Below are positions 1-11,411 of a DNA stretch of 64,000 nt, piece after piece. Source of the stretch: a bacterium (GTDB lineage: Bacteria > Patescibacteriota > Patescibacteriia > UBA10025). The first letter of the stretch is position 1; each line of letters opens with the position of its first letter. The position numbers were made by a program, and so were the translations under genes. The stretch lies in assembly GCA_021815445.1 (NCBI GenBank), contig JAKAGM010000002.1, positions 159,511-223,510 on the forward strand, given 5' to 3'. Under the pieces are notes generated by a model. That model ran no database searches. It was not told the origin of the DNA and was given only the letters and a program-made list of their open reading frames with translations.

Positions 1-656
1 CTCGACAGATTTCGTTTTCCATTTCCGGCCGGCAGTTTACTTTGCCGTTTACCGGAGCGCACAATGTCTCCAATGCGCTCATTGCCATTGCCGCCACATC
101 AGTTCTCGGCATGTCGTTGTCTGAAGTGAGCTCAGCGCTTGCATCGAGCCGGCTGCCCGACGGCAGATTCCAAATGATCCATTCACCGCGAGGATTCACC
201 GTCGTCGTGGACTACGCGCATGAACCTGCAAGTCTTCGCGCGTCGTACGAAGCTGTCCGCTTATTCAAGCCTAAAAGAATTTTTGCCGTGTTCGGCTGTA
301 CCGGCGGTGGCCGCGACACATGGCGGAGGCCGGTGATGGGAGCGCTTGCCGCCGAATACGCCGATGTTGTTATCATCACCACAGACGATCCGTATGACGA
401 TCGGCCTGAGTCCATTATTGCCGAGGTAGCCGCCGGAGTTCGTACATACGGGAAAAAGAAATTCACTGAAGGAGAAAATCTTTTTCTTATTACCGGAAGA
501 CGTGGAGCAATCCGCAAAGCGCTGAGCGAAGCTCGTGCGGGAGATCTGGTGATGATCACCGGCAAGGGCGGCGAGAAGGTAATGGCGGTCCGTGGCGGCA
601 AGTTAATTCCTTGGGATGACTCAGAAATAGTTAGAGAAGCGTTCAAGAGCGTGTAG
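1..656 (+). CDS. 3' fragment of a Mur ligase (MurE-like UDP-N-acetylmuramoyl-tripeptide ligase); ORF continues in frame from before the window start
   Basis: Translation shows Mur ligase C-terminal domain motifs (GAHNVSNALIAIAA, DYAHEP, FGCTGGGRD). In-frame codons from position 3 onward carry no stop. Confidence 0.6.
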   Translation, partial: RQISFSISGRQFTLPFTGAHNVSNALIAIAATSVLGMSLSEVSSALASSRLPDGRFQMIHSPRGFTVVVDYAHEPASLRASYEAVRLFKPKRIFAVFGCTGGGRDTWRRPVMGALAAEYADVVIITTDDPYDDRPESIIAEVAAGVRTYGKKKFTEGENLFLITGRRGAIRKALSEARAGDLVMITGKGGEKVMAVRGGKLIPWDDSEIVREAFKSV

Positions 657-782
657 GTGATTGTTCCGGTAGGCGCTGTGGATAACTTTGCGCGGTAAAA
701 ATCTTGGTTGAGGATAAGAATTGTTTTTATTACTAAGGTAAGCCAAATTAGTCTATTCCGTTCATCCGGCCGGATAGGAGCC

Positions 783-812
783 TTGACATATCTGTACGTT
801 TTTTGCTATGCT
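783..812 (+). promoter_or_regulatory. Sigma70-like promoter upstream of rpoB (TTGACA-18 nt-TATGCT)
   Basis: TTGACA at 783-788 and TATGCT at 807-812, about 200 nt upstream of the rpoB ATG. This leader length is typical for rpoB. Confidence 0.4.
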
Positions 813-1009
813 CCCGACTACATAAAGTTCCTTAGGGAGTAGCGGGCTTTTAAGTCTGCTCCATTATCCCGCGGAACGCCCTGAAACATTACATGGGGTT
901 TGACGACAATTTGTAAGGTACAAACAACGGTAAAACTCTTTCCGCTCTAGTTTTTTAGAGTGCGGTGGAGCTGTTTTAATACCCTTTTTAAGATATTTTC
1001 GATTTTCGC

Positions 1010-4000
1010 ATGCCCAGCGACATTTCTCAACGAAAATATTTCACCAAAATCCACGAGGCGATACCTCTGCCGAATTTGATTGAGGTTCAACGTCACTCGT
1101 ATGATTGGTTTTTTCGCGAGGGCTTGCGGGAGCTTTTTGAGGAAATCTCTCCGACCAAAGATTTTATCGGCAGGGATTTGGAATTATATTTCCTCGATTA
1201 CTATCTTGACGAGCCGCGCTTTGACGAGCAGACAGCTCGGCAAAAAAATGTCACCTACGAGGCGCCGCTTCGCGTTGAGACCAAGCTCGTCAACAAAAAG
1301 ACCGGAGAAATTAAGGAACAGGAAATTTATCTCGGCGACTTCCCGCTCATGACTGACCGGGGGACGTTTGTCATTAACGGCATTGAGCGCGTCGTGGTCA
1401 GCCAGCTGATACGTTCAGCCGGCGTTTTTTTCACTTCCGAAATCGTTCGCGGCAGAAGACTCTACGGTGCGAAAATTATTCCCAACCGCGGCGCCTGGCT
1501 CGAGATTGAAACCGATTCCAATAACGTCATCACCGTGAAAGTGGACAGGAAACGGAAAGTGGCCATCACGGCGCTGATGCGCGCTTTCGGCTACGGATCA
1601 AATGAAGAGATCAAGGAATTATTCAAAGAAGTCGACACCCACCCTGACAACAGATACATCGAGAGCACCATTAACAAAGATATTTCCCGCAGCGAAGCGG
1701 AAGGGCTCCAGGAAGTCTACAAGCGCGTCCGTCCGGGAGACTTGGCGACTATCGATAATGCCCGCGAGTTGATTTACAAAATGTTTTTTAGTTTTGACAG
1801 GTACGATTTCGGCCGTGTGGGCCGGTACAAGCTCAATCAGCGGTTCAAATTTGATTTCCCAAACACGAAAGAATATCGCGTGCTCCAAAAGGAGGATGTC
1901 GTCGCGATAGTCAAAGAAGTGATACATCTTAATAATGAGCAGAAGGAAGCTGATGATATCGATCACCTCGGCAACCGCCGCGTCCGCGCCATAGGCGAAC
2001 TCGTACAGAACAAGTTCCGTGTCGGACTTGCCCGCATGGAGCGCATTATCAAGGATCGCATGTCCACGCTGGATATCGCAACTCTGACGCCAAACCAGCT
2101 GATCAATGCCCGGCCGGTCATCGGGTCGGTCAAAGAATTCTTTATGTCCTCCCAGCTTTCCCAGTTCATGGATCAGACGAACCCGCTGGCCGAGCTCGAA
2201 CATAAACGCCGCCTCTCAGCTATGGGACCCGGTGGCTTGTCCCGGGAACGCGCAGGTTTCGATGTCCGTGACGTCCACCGGACCCACTACGGGAGAATTT
2301 GTCCCATTGCTACTCCCGAAGGACCGAACATCGGCCTCGTCGGCCACCTCGCTTCGTACGCCCGTATCAACGATTTCGGCTTTATCGAGACTCCATATCG
2401 CAAAGTACTTCATGATATTGATAACAGCGCGAAAAAGACCGAGGGTGAGATACTCCGGGAAGACATCAAGGATAAAGATACTGTAGTAGTTGCGAAAGCA
2501 GGCGAGAAAATCACTAAGCAAGTCGCGGCCGCGCTCGAAGCCATCCATGACCTTAAAACAATTCCTATCAAACCCCGCGTGACAGCTGAGGTAGTCTTTC
2601 TCGATGCATTCATGGAAGAGCAAAGTATTACCACTGCTGCTACGACAGCTCTCGATGAGCAAGGATATTTTGTAAAGGAGCGCGCTGAGGTGCGCGAACA
2701 CGGGGAACCGACGGTAGATTACGTATGGAAAATTGATTACATGGATGTATCGCCGAAGCAAATTGTCAGCGTCACAACTTCGCTTATTCCGTTTTTGGAA
2801 CACGATGATGCCGTGCGCGCGTTGATGGGCACCAATATGCAGCGCCAGGCGGTCTCCTGTGTGACGCCGCAGTCGCCCATCGTGGGAACAGGCGTCGAAG
2901 GCAGGTCAGCACAAGACTCCGGACATGTCGTCGTCGCGCTGGAAGGGGGAGTGGTTTCAGCCCTGCATTCCGAAAGGATTGAGATTGTAGAAGACAGCGG
3001 GAAAACACGTACGTACAATCTCGGGAAGTTCGTCCGATCAAACGCTTCTACCTGCATGAATCAGCGGCCCACAGTTCACAAGGGCCAGAAGATTGCCAAA
3101 GGCGATCCGATAGCTGACGGTGCAGCATGCGACAAAGGTGAGCTGGCACTCGGCCAAAACGTTCTCGTTGCGTTCATGCCATGGGAAGGCGGAAATTACG
3201 AAGACGCCATTTTGATTTCCTCACGTCTCGTGGAGCAGGACAGATACACCTCGATCCATATCGAAGATTATGTCGTTGACGTGCGTGATACCAAGCTTGG
3301 TCCCGAGGTCGTGACGCGTGATATCCCGAATATTGGTGAAGAAAAATTAAAGAACCTCGATGAAGAAGGGGTGGTGATGATAGGCGCGGAGGTAAAAAGC
3401 GGCGATATTCTGGTGGGTAAAATCACTCCAAAAGGCGAGACCGAGCTTTCTGCAGAAGAAAAACTTCTGCGGGCTATCTTTGGTGAAAAAGCAAAAGACG
3501 TCAAAGACAGCTCTCTCTACCTCGAACACGGTGAACATGGAAAAGTCGTCAACATACGAATATTCTCCCGTGAGAGCGGAGATAAGCTTCCCTCGGGAGT
3601 TTCGAAATCTATTCAAGTGTCAGTAGCCCAGTTGAGAAAAATCCAGGTCGGCGACAAAATGGCCGGCCGCCACGGGAATAAGGGTGTTATTTCGCGCATC
3701 GTCGCCATCGAAGATATGCCCTACATGGCAGACGGAACTCCGGTTGATATTATCCTGAATCCGCTCGGTGTCGCCTCTCGTATGAACTTGGGCCAAATTC
3801 TCGAGACCCACCTCGGTCTTGCCGCGCAGAAACTCGGATATCGCGTTGCCAGCCCGGCTCTCGATGGCGTCTCAGAAGAGATTATTAAAGAGGAACTCAA
3901 ACGCGCAGGGTATCCCGAAGACGGAAAAATCCGTCTGATCGACGGACGCTCGGGCCAGCCTTTCGACAACAAAGCGACTGTCGGATACATTTACATGCTG

Positions 4001-4405
4001 AAGTTGAATCATCTCGTGGAGGACAAAATCCACATGCGTTCTATCGGCCCTTACTCGCTTGTAACCCAACAGCCGCTCGGCGGTAAAGCCCAGTTCGGCG
4101 GACAGAGATTCGGAGAAATGGAAGTCTGGGCGCTCGAAGCGTACGGTGCCGCGTATACTCTCCAAGAAATGTTGACGATTAAATCAGACGATGTGCCCGG
4201 CAGGTCAAAAGCATACGAGGCGATCATTAAAGGAGAGCCGATCCGCAAGATTAATATCCCGGAATCATTTAACGTTTTGGTTCGCGAGCTTAAAGGGCTT
4301 TGCCTTGACGTCGAGCTCATCAGTAAAACTCCGGATGGTGAAATTACCGTAGCATCTCCGGAAGTCTCGGACCAGCTTATTGTTCCTGTAAAAAAGCCCG
4401 CATAA
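1010..4405 (+). CDS. rpoB: DNA-directed RNA polymerase subunit beta
   Basis: 1131 aa. Conserved RpoB blocks such as [39 protein letters not shown] and NMQRQAV; ATG at 1010. Confidence 0.97.
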   Translation: MPSDISQRKYFTKIHEAIPLPNLIEVQRHSYDWFFREGLRELFEEISPTKDFIGRDLELYFLDYYLDEPRFDEQTARQKNVTYEAPLRVETKLVNKKTGEIKEQEIYLGDFPLMTDRGTFVINGIERVVVSQLIRSAGVFFTSEIVRGRRLYGAKIIPNRGAWLEIETDSNNVITVKVDRKRKVAITALMRAFGYGSNEEIKELFKEVDTHPDNRYIESTINKDISRSEAEGLQEVYKRVRPGDLATIDNARELIYKMFFSFDRYDFGRVGRYKLNQRFKFDFPNTKEYRVLQKEDVVAIVKEVIHLNNEQKEADDIDHLGNRRVRAIGELVQNKFRVGLARMERIIKDRMSTLDIATLTPNQLINARPVIGSVKEFFMSSQLSQFMDQTNPLAELEHKRRLSAMGPGGLSRERAGFDVRDVHRTHYGRICPIATPEGPNIGLVGHLASYARINDFGFIETPYRKVLHDIDNSAKKTEGEILREDIKDKDTVVVAKAGEKITKQVAAALEAIHDLKTIPIKPRVTAEVVFLDAFMEEQSITTAATTALDEQGYFVKERAEVREHGEPTVDYVWKIDYMDVSPKQIVSVTTSLIPFLEHDDAVRALMGTNMQRQAVSCVTPQSPIVGTGVEGRSAQDSGHVVVALEGGVVSALHSERIEIVEDSGKTRTYNLGKFVRSNASTCMNQRPTVHKGQKIAKGDPIADGAACDKGELALGQNVLVAFMPWEGGNYEDAILISSRLVEQDRYTSIHIEDYVVDVRDTKLGPEVVTRDIPNIGEEKLKNLDEEGVVMIGAEVKSGDILVGKITPKGETELSAEEKLLRAIFGEKAKDVKDSSLYLEHGEHGKVVNIRIFSRESGDKLPSGVSKSIQVSVAQLRKIQVGDKMAGRHGNKGVISRIVAIEDMPYMADGTPVDIILNPLGVASRMNLGQILETHLGLAAQKLGYRVASPALDGVSEEIIKEELKRAGYPEDGKIRLIDGRSGQPFDNKATVGYIYMLKLNHLVEDKIHMRSIGPYSLVTQQPLGGKAQFGGQRFGEMEVWALEAYGAAYTLQEMLTIKSDDVPGRSKAYEAIIKGEPIRKINIPESFNVLVRELKGLCLDVELISKTPDGEITVASPEVSDQLIVPVKKPA

Positions 4406-4408
4406 CCT

Positions 4409-7400
4409 ATGATCCAAGAAACCCCACAACTCGAATTCTCCGCAATACGCCTCAGACTCGCTTCGCCAGAGACGCTTCTGGGCTGGTCTCATGGGGAAGT
4501 CCTAAAACCCGAGACGGTAAACTATCGCACTCAAAAGCCCGAAAAAGACGGGTTGTTCTGTGAAAGAATTTTTGGGCCGACGAAAGATTGGGAATGCTAT
4601 TGCGGCAAGTATAAAAAAATCCGCTACAAGGGCATCGTATGTGACAAATGCGGCGTGGAGGTCACGCGCAGCATAGTCCGCAGGGAACGCATGGGCCACA
4701 TTAAGCTTGCTTCGCCGGTCACCCACATCTGGTTCTTGCGCGGGATCCCATCGAAAATAGGCATGGTGCTCGACCTTTCTATACAGGATCTCGAGAAGGT
4801 GATATATTTCGCCAGTTTTGTCATTACCAAAGTTGATGACACGATGCGCAAAGAAACATTGCAGCAGCTTGACATGGAATTCGCGTCGAAAAAGAAGTCT
4901 ATAGAAGCTGACTTTAGTAAACAGGTAAGCGAGATCAAACAGCGCAAATTGTCTGAGGTGCAAAAAGCGTCGACAGACGGAGAACGCAAAAAATTGGAGA
5001 CCGAGCAGACAGAAGAGCTCGCGGCAAATTCGGCGTTCCGCGAGGAAAAACTCAAGAGTCTTAAAGAAGCCGTTGATATCGCGAAACATGAGCTTGAAGA
5101 CCTCAAACCCATGAGGATTATATCCGAGCAAATATACCAGGATCTTTCATTAAAATACGGGCATGTATTCGAAGCCAGCATTGGAGCTGATGCAATCCGA
5201 CAGCTTCTTTCTGAAATTGATCTCGGCAAAAAGATTAAAGAACTCGAAGAGGAGCTCTTGACTGCGCCTGAGAACCGCAAGCGCCGCGTCATCCGTCTCT
5301 TAAAACTTCTCAAGAATTTCGAAGTCAACCACATACGTCCGGAGCACATGATTCTGACGGTTATTCCGGTCATTCCGCCGGATCTTAGGCCTATGGTCCA
5401 GCTCGACGGCGGGCGTTTTGCCGCCTCTGACCTTAATGACCTGTATCGCCGGGTCATCAACCGTAACAACAGGTTAAAACGGCTTCTCGAGCTCAATGCC
5501 CCCGAAGTGATTTGTCGCAATGAGCGCCGCATGCTACAGGAAGCTGTCGATGCGCTTATCGACAATAACGCCAGGCACGGAAAGACCGTCACCGCATCCA
5601 CAGGCCAGAAACGCATGCTCAAATCAATCGCTGATATTCTCAAGGGGAAACAGGGGCGTTTCCGCCAAAACCTGCTCGGGAAGCGCGTCGACTATTCCGG
5701 CCGCTCAGTCATCGTCGTCGGCCCCCACCTGAAACTCAATGAGTGCGGGCTTCCAAAGACCATGGCACTGGAGCTTTTCAAACCTTTCATTATTTCAAAA
5801 CTCATCCAACGCGAGCTTGTCCATAATGTCCGAAGCGCATCGAGATTCATCGAAAGCGAACGCCCGGAGGTGTGGGATATCTTGGAAGAAGTGACGCTCG
5901 GATCGCATGTCCTGCTCAACCGCGCCCCGACGCTGCACCGCCTCGGCATCCAGGCATTTACCCCGGTGCTGATTGAAGGTAAGGCAATACAGATCCACCC
6001 GTTGGTGTGCCCGGCGTTCAATGCAGACTTCGACGGAGATCAGATGGCTGTCCACGTCCCGCTGACAGAAAAAGCAAAATGGGAGGCCAAGGAGATCATG
6101 CTGTCGACGAAAAACCTCCTCAAACCGGCTACAGGCAAACCGGTAGTTTCTCCGTCCCAGGACATTGTCCTTGGCTGTTACTATCTCACCTCAATGGCAC
6201 CCCGTGACCCGGAGAAGCGCATCCGCCTGTGTTCGTCTACCGACGAGGCGCTCACGGCGTTTCACCAAGGCGTCATCGGCGTCCAAGAAGCAATACGGGC
6301 CAAGGTGGGTACCAAGGTCATTGAAACGACTGTAGGACGTATCATTTTTAATTCCATTCTGCCAGAGGAACTCGGATTCCTCAACGAGACAATGGATAAA
6401 AAGCGCCTGTCGGAAGCTGTCAGTCTTTCTCTCGTGCGATTCGGCTCGGATAGAACTGTAGAACTTCTCGATAAGATTAAGGATACTAGCTTCTCCTACC
6501 TCACAAGGTCGGGTATAAGCTGGGGCATGGACGATTTGACTCTGCCGGCAAAGAAAAAGGAAGTGATAGCTGAAGCGCAGAAAAAAATTGACGAGATCCA
6601 GTCGCACTACGAATCCGGCCTGCTCACCAATGAAGAGCGGCACAGCAAGGTGATAGAAATCTGGGCGCAGGTGAAAGACGACATACAGAAGATGAGCAAG
6701 CAGTCGCTGAGCAAAGAAGGCCCGGTGTACGCCATGATAGAGTCAGGGTCACGCGGTTCGTGGGCTCAGATCACCCAAATGATGGGCATGAAAGGACTCG
6801 TGACTAACCCCGCCGGCGATACTATCGAACTGCCGGTCTTGGGAAGTTTTAAAGAAGGTTTTGACGTGCTGGAATATTTCATCTCAACCCACGGCGCGCG
6901 AAAAGGCCTTTCTGACACTGCGCTTCGAACCGCCAATGCGGGATATCTGACCCGTCGCCTTGTTGATGTTGCCCAGGATGTCGTGATCACTGAGGTAGAT
7001 TGCGGCGATACGGAAGGATTCGTCACCACCCAGAAAGAAAGCGTAGAAATGGACGAGACGCTCTTTAACCGCATTGTCGGCCGCGTGCTTGTGGAGGATA
7101 TCACTCATCCTAAGACTCGCAAGGTAATTCTGAAAGCTGGCGAGCTTATTTCCGATGAACATCGTGCAGCTATCGAAAAGGCTGCCCCTGCATCCGTCAC
7201 CGTGCGTTCCGTCGTCACCTGCAAGGCAACCTACGGATTATGCCAAACGTGTTACGGATTCGATCTGGGATTCAACGCCGTAGTCAAACTCGGCACCGCT
7301 GTCGGGATTATTGCAGCGCAGAGCATCGGAGAACCCGGCACCCAGCTGACAATGCGCACCTTCCACACGGGCGGTGTCGCCGGAAAAGATATCACTCAAG

Positions 7401-8290
7401 GTCTCCCGCGAGTCGAAGAACTTTTTGAAGCGCGGCCGGTGAAGCGTCCGTCGGTTATCTCCGACTATGACGGCCAGATCACAATCGGTGAAGGGGAAGA
7501 TAAACAGCGCGTCATCGAACTTTCATATCGCGACGTGTCGAACGTGTCGTACACATTCCCCGTAGGAAAGAAGAAGCTGACGCTCAAGGTAAAAAACAAG
7601 CAAAAAGTTGCCAAGGATGACGAGCTCTTTACCGTCGGTGAGCATGCGACGACAGCGACATCAGCAGGTGTCGTCCACCTCACGGATGACGGGATTGAAA
7701 TCATCAGCGAAGGGGATAAGAAGAAGGAGTATACTATTCCCGCCGACCGCTTTATCATCGTCAAAAATGGCGACCTTGTGACCAAAGGCCAGCCGCTCAC
7801 CGAGGGAAGTCTCGATCTCCACCAGCTGTATTATCTCAAGGGGCAGGAAGCCGTGCAAAAGTATATCATGAAAGAGATCCAGTATATCTACTCATCGCAG
7901 GGCCAAAAGCTGAACGACAAGCACATAGAAACTATTGTCCGACAGATGTTTTCCCGGGTCTATATCAAGGAAGCCAACGACACGCTATTTTTCCCGGGCG
8001 AAGTTGTGGAGCGCGGGCAATTCGTCGCCGCGAACAAAATAGCCGTCAAAGAAAAGAAAACTCCTGCGGAAGGCGACGTGCTTCTCTTAGGGCTGACAAA
8101 AGCTTCATTATCCATCGACAGCTTTCTCTCCGCGGCATCTTTCCAAGAGACTGCCCGTGTCCTCATTGATGCGGCAGTATCCGGTAAGGTAGATAACCTT
8201 CGCGGCTTGAAAGAAAATGTGATTATCGGAAAACTCATTCCGGCTGGCACGGGTTTTCACGCTGATAAGAGCAAAGACGAGGACGCGTAG
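4409..8290 (+). CDS. rpoC: DNA-directed RNA polymerase subunit beta'
   Basis: 1293 aa. Zinc-finger CGKYKKIRYKGIVCDKCGVEV, the NADFDGDQMAVH catalytic motif, and a start 4 nt after the rpoB stop. Confidence 0.97.
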   Translation: MIQETPQLEFSAIRLRLASPETLLGWSHGEVLKPETVNYRTQKPEKDGLFCERIFGPTKDWECYCGKYKKIRYKGIVCDKCGVEVTRSIVRRERMGHIKLASPVTHIWFLRGIPSKIGMVLDLSIQDLEKVIYFASFVITKVDDTMRKETLQQLDMEFASKKKSIEADFSKQVSEIKQRKLSEVQKASTDGERKKLETEQTEELAANSAFREEKLKSLKEAVDIAKHELEDLKPMRIISEQIYQDLSLKYGHVFEASIGADAIRQLLSEIDLGKKIKELEEELLTAPENRKRRVIRLLKLLKNFEVNHIRPEHMILTVIPVIPPDLRPMVQLDGGRFAASDLNDLYRRVINRNNRLKRLLELNAPEVICRNERRMLQEAVDALIDNNARHGKTVTASTGQKRMLKSIADILKGKQGRFRQNLLGKRVDYSGRSVIVVGPHLKLNECGLPKTMALELFKPFIISKLIQRELVHNVRSASRFIESERPEVWDILEEVTLGSHVLLNRAPTLHRLGIQAFTPVLIEGKAIQIHPLVCPAFNADFDGDQMAVHVPLTEKAKWEAKEIMLSTKNLLKPATGKPVVSPSQDIVLGCYYLTSMAPRDPEKRIRLCSSTDEALTAFHQGVIGVQEAIRAKVGTKVIETTVGRIIFNSILPEELGFLNETMDKKRLSEAVSLSLVRFGSDRTVELLDKIKDTSFSYLTRSGISWGMDDLTLPAKKKEVIAEAQKKIDEIQSHYESGLLTNEERHSKVIEIWAQVKDDIQKMSKQSLSKEGPVYAMIESGSRGSWAQITQMMGMKGLVTNPAGDTIELPVLGSFKEGFDVLEYFISTHGARKGLSDTALRTANAGYLTRRLVDVAQDVVITEVDCGDTEGFVTTQKESVEMDETLFNRIVGRVLVEDITHPKTRKVILKAGELISDEHRAAIEKAAPASVTVRSVVTCKATYGLCQTCYGFDLGFNAVVKLGTAVGIIAAQSIGEPGTQLTMRTFHTGGVAGKDITQGLPRVEELFEARPVKRPSVISDYDGQITIGEGEDKQRVIELSYRDVSNVSYTFPVGKKKLTLKVKNKQKVAKDDELFTVGEHATTATSAGVVHLTDDGIEIISEGDKKKEYTIPADRFIIVKNGDLVTKGQPLTEGSLDLHQLYYLKGQEAVQKYIMKEIQYIYSSQGQKLNDKHIETIVRQMFSRVYIKEANDTLFFPGEVVERGQFVAANKIAVKEKKTPAEGDVLLLGLTKASLSIDSFLSAASFQETARVLIDAAVSGKVDNLRGLKENVIIGKLIPAGTGFHADKSKDEDA

Positions 8291-8396
8291 TTTTCCAAGG
8301 CGAATTTTCACTGCTTTCACGCTTCCTGCGAGCAAAAGGAAACTAGTTGTTTTTTTGCCTGCTGCCCCAGTTTTTCATTGATTTTGCGGGTTTTTT

Positions 8397-10673
8397 GTGG
8401 TATCCTTTAGAGTACGAAATGCATATATGCCCCCCTCGTTAACACCAAAACAACAGCGACGTTTGCTTGAACGGGCACGGCGCGAGGAACGCGCAAAAGA
8501 ACGTAGGCCGCGTCTCCGGCAAGAGACTAAGCATGGCATAGTCGTCATTGCTTTGTTTGTCGTTGCTGCGATTTGCCTTCTGAGTCTTGTTGACCTCGCA
8601 GGGGGTGCCGGGATTGCCGTTAAGCATGCGCTGCGACTTTTATTCGGGATCCCGATAATTCTCGCGCCGCTCCTTCTTATTCTCATGGGGTATCTGCTCG
8701 CTCAACCCCAAAAGTATGCGCTTCGTTTCTCCCATTATTTCGGCGTACTTCTCTTTCTGCTTTCAGTCAACGGCATATTTCATCTCTTTGTTCCCCTGCA
8801 GGACGCAGCCAGCGTGCTTGGACAGGCGCGAGGCGGGGGTTACGCTGGCTTGGTGCTCTCGTATCCGCTCCAGAAAATACTCGGACCCTGGGCAACCGGC
8901 GCCGTGCTTATCGGCCTTTTTATTATTTCCCTCCTTTTGACTTTCGACACCTCTCTCACGACACTCGTTGAACGCGGTACGATACTCCAGCGTTTCGTCG
9001 GACGTTTCCGGGGGTTCATTTCGCGCATTCGAAATAATATTAATTCGCGCGGGGTTCCTGAGACGCTCGAGTCCGCCGAGTCATCTTTTAGCCGCCAGGC
9101 GATCGGGCATCATGAGGAAAACATTTCGCCGCAAACGCGAGACGCTACGGGAAAGTCCGCGGAGACCCCTGTCCAGGGTTCGCAGATGAAGATGTTCCCT
9201 GAGCTCAAAAAAGTCAAACGTACTATAGCTATCCCCCTCGATTTGCTTCAGGAAAACGGAAATAAGCCCGTCAGCGGGGATATCGAAGCGAACAAAGAGC
9301 GCATACATACCACGCTCGCGAATTTCGGCATTCCTGTCGAGATGGGCGAAGTGAATGTGGGTCCGACAGTCACCCAATTTACGCTCAAGCCCGCCGAAGG
9401 GGTAAAACTCGCTCAGCTCACGACGCTGTCCAATGATCTCGCGCTTGCGCTTGCCGCGCATCCGATCCGCATCGAAGCGCCTATTCCGGGCAAAGCGCTC
9501 GTGGGTATCGAGGTCCCGAATACTACAATTGCGACGGTCAAATTACGCCAGATATTGGCAAGCCAGGAATTCAAAAAACGCAAAAGCAATCTTTCCGTCG
9601 CCCTCGGTCTCGATGTGGCGGGGAAGCCGTGGATAGCCGATCTCGATACTATGCCCCATCTGCTCATTGCAGGCGCCACAGGTTCCGGAAAGTCCGTGTG
9701 CATAAACTCGATTATTATCAGCCTGCTCTACCAGAATTCTCCTGACGAACTCAAACTGATTTTGGTGGACCCCAAGCGCGTGGAGATGCCCGTCTACAAT
9801 GACATCCCCTATCTTTTGACTCCGGTGGTCACGCAGGTAGATAAAACTATCAACGCGCTTCGGTGGGTAGTGGCGGAGATGGACAGGAGATTTGACCTGC
9901 TCTCCAAGGTCGGGAAACGGAATATCCATGAGTACAACCACGATCCGGTATCTGACCCGCTGCCCTATATTGTCGTGGTGATAGACGAACTTGCCGATCT
10001 CATGGCTGTCGCGATGAACGAAGTTGAAGGGGCAATTATCCGTCTGGCGCAGATGGCGCGGGCCGTAGGCATCCACCTGGTCGTCGCGACACAGCGACCG
10101 TCGGTGGACGTCATCACCGGCCTTATCAAAGCGAATATCACATCTCGCGTCGCATTTACCGTCGCCTCTGTCGTCGATTCCCGCACTATCCTCGATGTGA
10201 GCGGCGCCGAAAAGCTTCTCGGAAAGGGCGACATGCTTTTTGTTACCGCCCAGCTCTCTAAGCCCCGGCGGTTGCAGGGCGTGTACGTTGATAACGAGGA
10301 AATAGAGCGGGTAGCGGCTTTTGTCCGTGAGCGGGGCAAACCTGATTACCATCCTGAAGTGGTAGAGAAAGCTGTCATCGACGAAGGATTGGCGGGAAGC
10401 TTCGAAGATCTGGGTGACGACGAATTGCTGGCACAGGCAAAAGAACTCGTCATAAAGTCGGGAAAAGCTTCGGCGTCACTTCTCCAGCGCCGCCTGCGTG
10501 TGGGGTATGCGCGCGCCGCGCGGTTGCTCGACCTTTTGGAAGAGCAGGGAATTATCGGCCCCGGTGACGGGGCAAAGCCGCGTGAAATTCTTGTCGCACG
10601 GCCGCAAGACACGGCTGGACCTGAAGAAAGCGAGGAGCAGGTAGAAGATGGTGAGGACCAGACGTATGGGTGA
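8397..10673 (+). CDS. ftsK: DNA translocase FtsK/SpoIIIE (N-terminal membrane segments, linker, ATPase core, winged-helix gamma domain)
   Basis: Walker A GATGSGKSV, the VVIDELADLM motif, and a C-terminal SLLQRRLRVGYARAARLLDLLEEQGIIGP gamma domain. Start is ambiguous between GTG 8397 and the in-frame ATG 8427. Confidence 0.88.
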   Translation: MVSFRVRNAYMPPSLTPKQQRRLLERARREERAKERRPRLRQETKHGIVVIALFVVAAICLLSLVDLAGGAGIAVKHALRLLFGIPIILAPLLLILMGYLLAQPQKYALRFSHYFGVLLFLLSVNGIFHLFVPLQDAASVLGQARGGGYAGLVLSYPLQKILGPWATGAVLIGLFIISLLLTFDTSLTTLVERGTILQRFVGRFRGFISRIRNNINSRGVPETLESAESSFSRQAIGHHEENISPQTRDATGKSAETPVQGSQMKMFPELKKVKRTIAIPLDLLQENGNKPVSGDIEANKERIHTTLANFGIPVEMGEVNVGPTVTQFTLKPAEGVKLAQLTTLSNDLALALAAHPIRIEAPIPGKALVGIEVPNTTIATVKLRQILASQEFKKRKSNLSVALGLDVAGKPWIADLDTMPHLLIAGATGSGKSVCINSIIISLLYQNSPDELKLILVDPKRVEMPVYNDIPYLLTPVVTQVDKTINALRWVVAEMDRRFDLLSKVGKRNIHEYNHDPVSDPLPYIVVVIDELADLMAVAMNEVEGAIIRLAQMARAVGIHLVVATQRPSVDVITGLIKANITSRVAFTVASVVDSRTILDVSGAEKLLGKGDMLFVTAQLSKPRRLQGVYVDNEEIERVAAFVRERGKPDYHPEVVEKAVIDEGLAGSFEDLGDDELLAQAKELVIKSGKASASLLQRRLRVGYARAARLLDLLEEQGIIGPGDGAKPREILVARPQDTAGPEESEEQVEDGEDQTYG

Positions 10674-11355
10674 TTTTACTTCGAAGAGCTTGCGGGGACA
10701 CGGCACACTCGGAGAAAGGCTGAGAAAGGTACGGGAGGAACGCGGGGAAGAGTTATCATCCATTGCCGAGTCTCTCCAGATTCAGAGCAAATATCTTGAT
10801 GCACTGGAATGCGGAAGGTACCTTGATCTTCCCGGAGATGTCTATGTCACCAGCTTTCTCAAACGGTATGCGGAACACCTCAAAGTAAACACAAAAACAG
10901 TGCTTCACCTGTACCAACGGGAGCGTCAGGTGTACCAGCCGCAGCAGGATAAACAAGCGCGGGAAGCCCTAGAAAAAGACAAGAGAATGCCGCGAGTGGT
11001 GCTGACGCCTCGGATGTTGCGGCGAAGCGTTGTAGCCCTTATCCTCCTCCTCATACTGCTCTATCTGGGAATCGAGGCCAAGCGTATTGTTTCTCCGCCT
11101 GTACTACTCATCACCTCGCCCGCGGGAGACATCAAAACCACCGACCGGGCAATAACGATAGTCGGCAAAACTGAGCCCGAGGCTTCCGTCTCCATCAACG
11201 GGGAGGCCATCATCCCAAAAAGCACGGGAGAATTTTCTGAAGAAATCCAGCTGACCGAGGGTTTAAACACCATAATCATTACCGCGAAAAAAACCCACAG
11301 CGCCGAGCAGCGCGTACAGCGCAATATCCTGGTTGAAAAACTGCCTGCCGGGTGA
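10648..11355 (+). CDS. RodZ-like cytoskeleton protein (HTH-XRE N-terminus, single TM segment, extracytoplasmic C-terminal domain)
   Basis: HTH motif LGERLRKVREERGEELSSIAESLQIQSKYLDALECG, then the hydrophobic segment VVALILLLILLYLGI. Overlaps the ftsK 3' end; an alternative ATG lies at 10666. Confidence 0.55.
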   Translation: MVRTRRMGDFTSKSLRGHGTLGERLRKVREERGEELSSIAESLQIQSKYLDALECGRYLDLPGDVYVTSFLKRYAEHLKVNTKTVLHLYQRERQVYQPQQDKQAREALEKDKRMPRVVLTPRMLRRSVVALILLLILLYLGIEAKRIVSPPVLLITSPAGDIKTTDRAITIVGKTEPEASVSINGEAIIPKSTGEFSEEIQLTEGLNTIIITAKKTHSAEQRVQRNILVEKLPAG

Positions 11356-11411
11356 TACGCTGTCAGTAGTCCCGTATGCACTTTCCCCTTAATTTTTATT
11401 GATCAACACCT

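Noticed and set aside
212-646. Antisense ORFs embedded in strong housekeeping genes, for example 212-646 (minus strand), 1619-2203 (minus strand), 4624-5643 (minus strand), 9543-10352 (minus strand), 53490-53891 (minus strand) and 55845-56282 (minus strand)
   Set aside because: They lie opposite well-supported genes (murE-like, rpoB, rpoC, ftsK, the Wzy-like gene, groEL), have no RBS or domain signal, and are low-complexity translations. They are treated as shadow ORFs.
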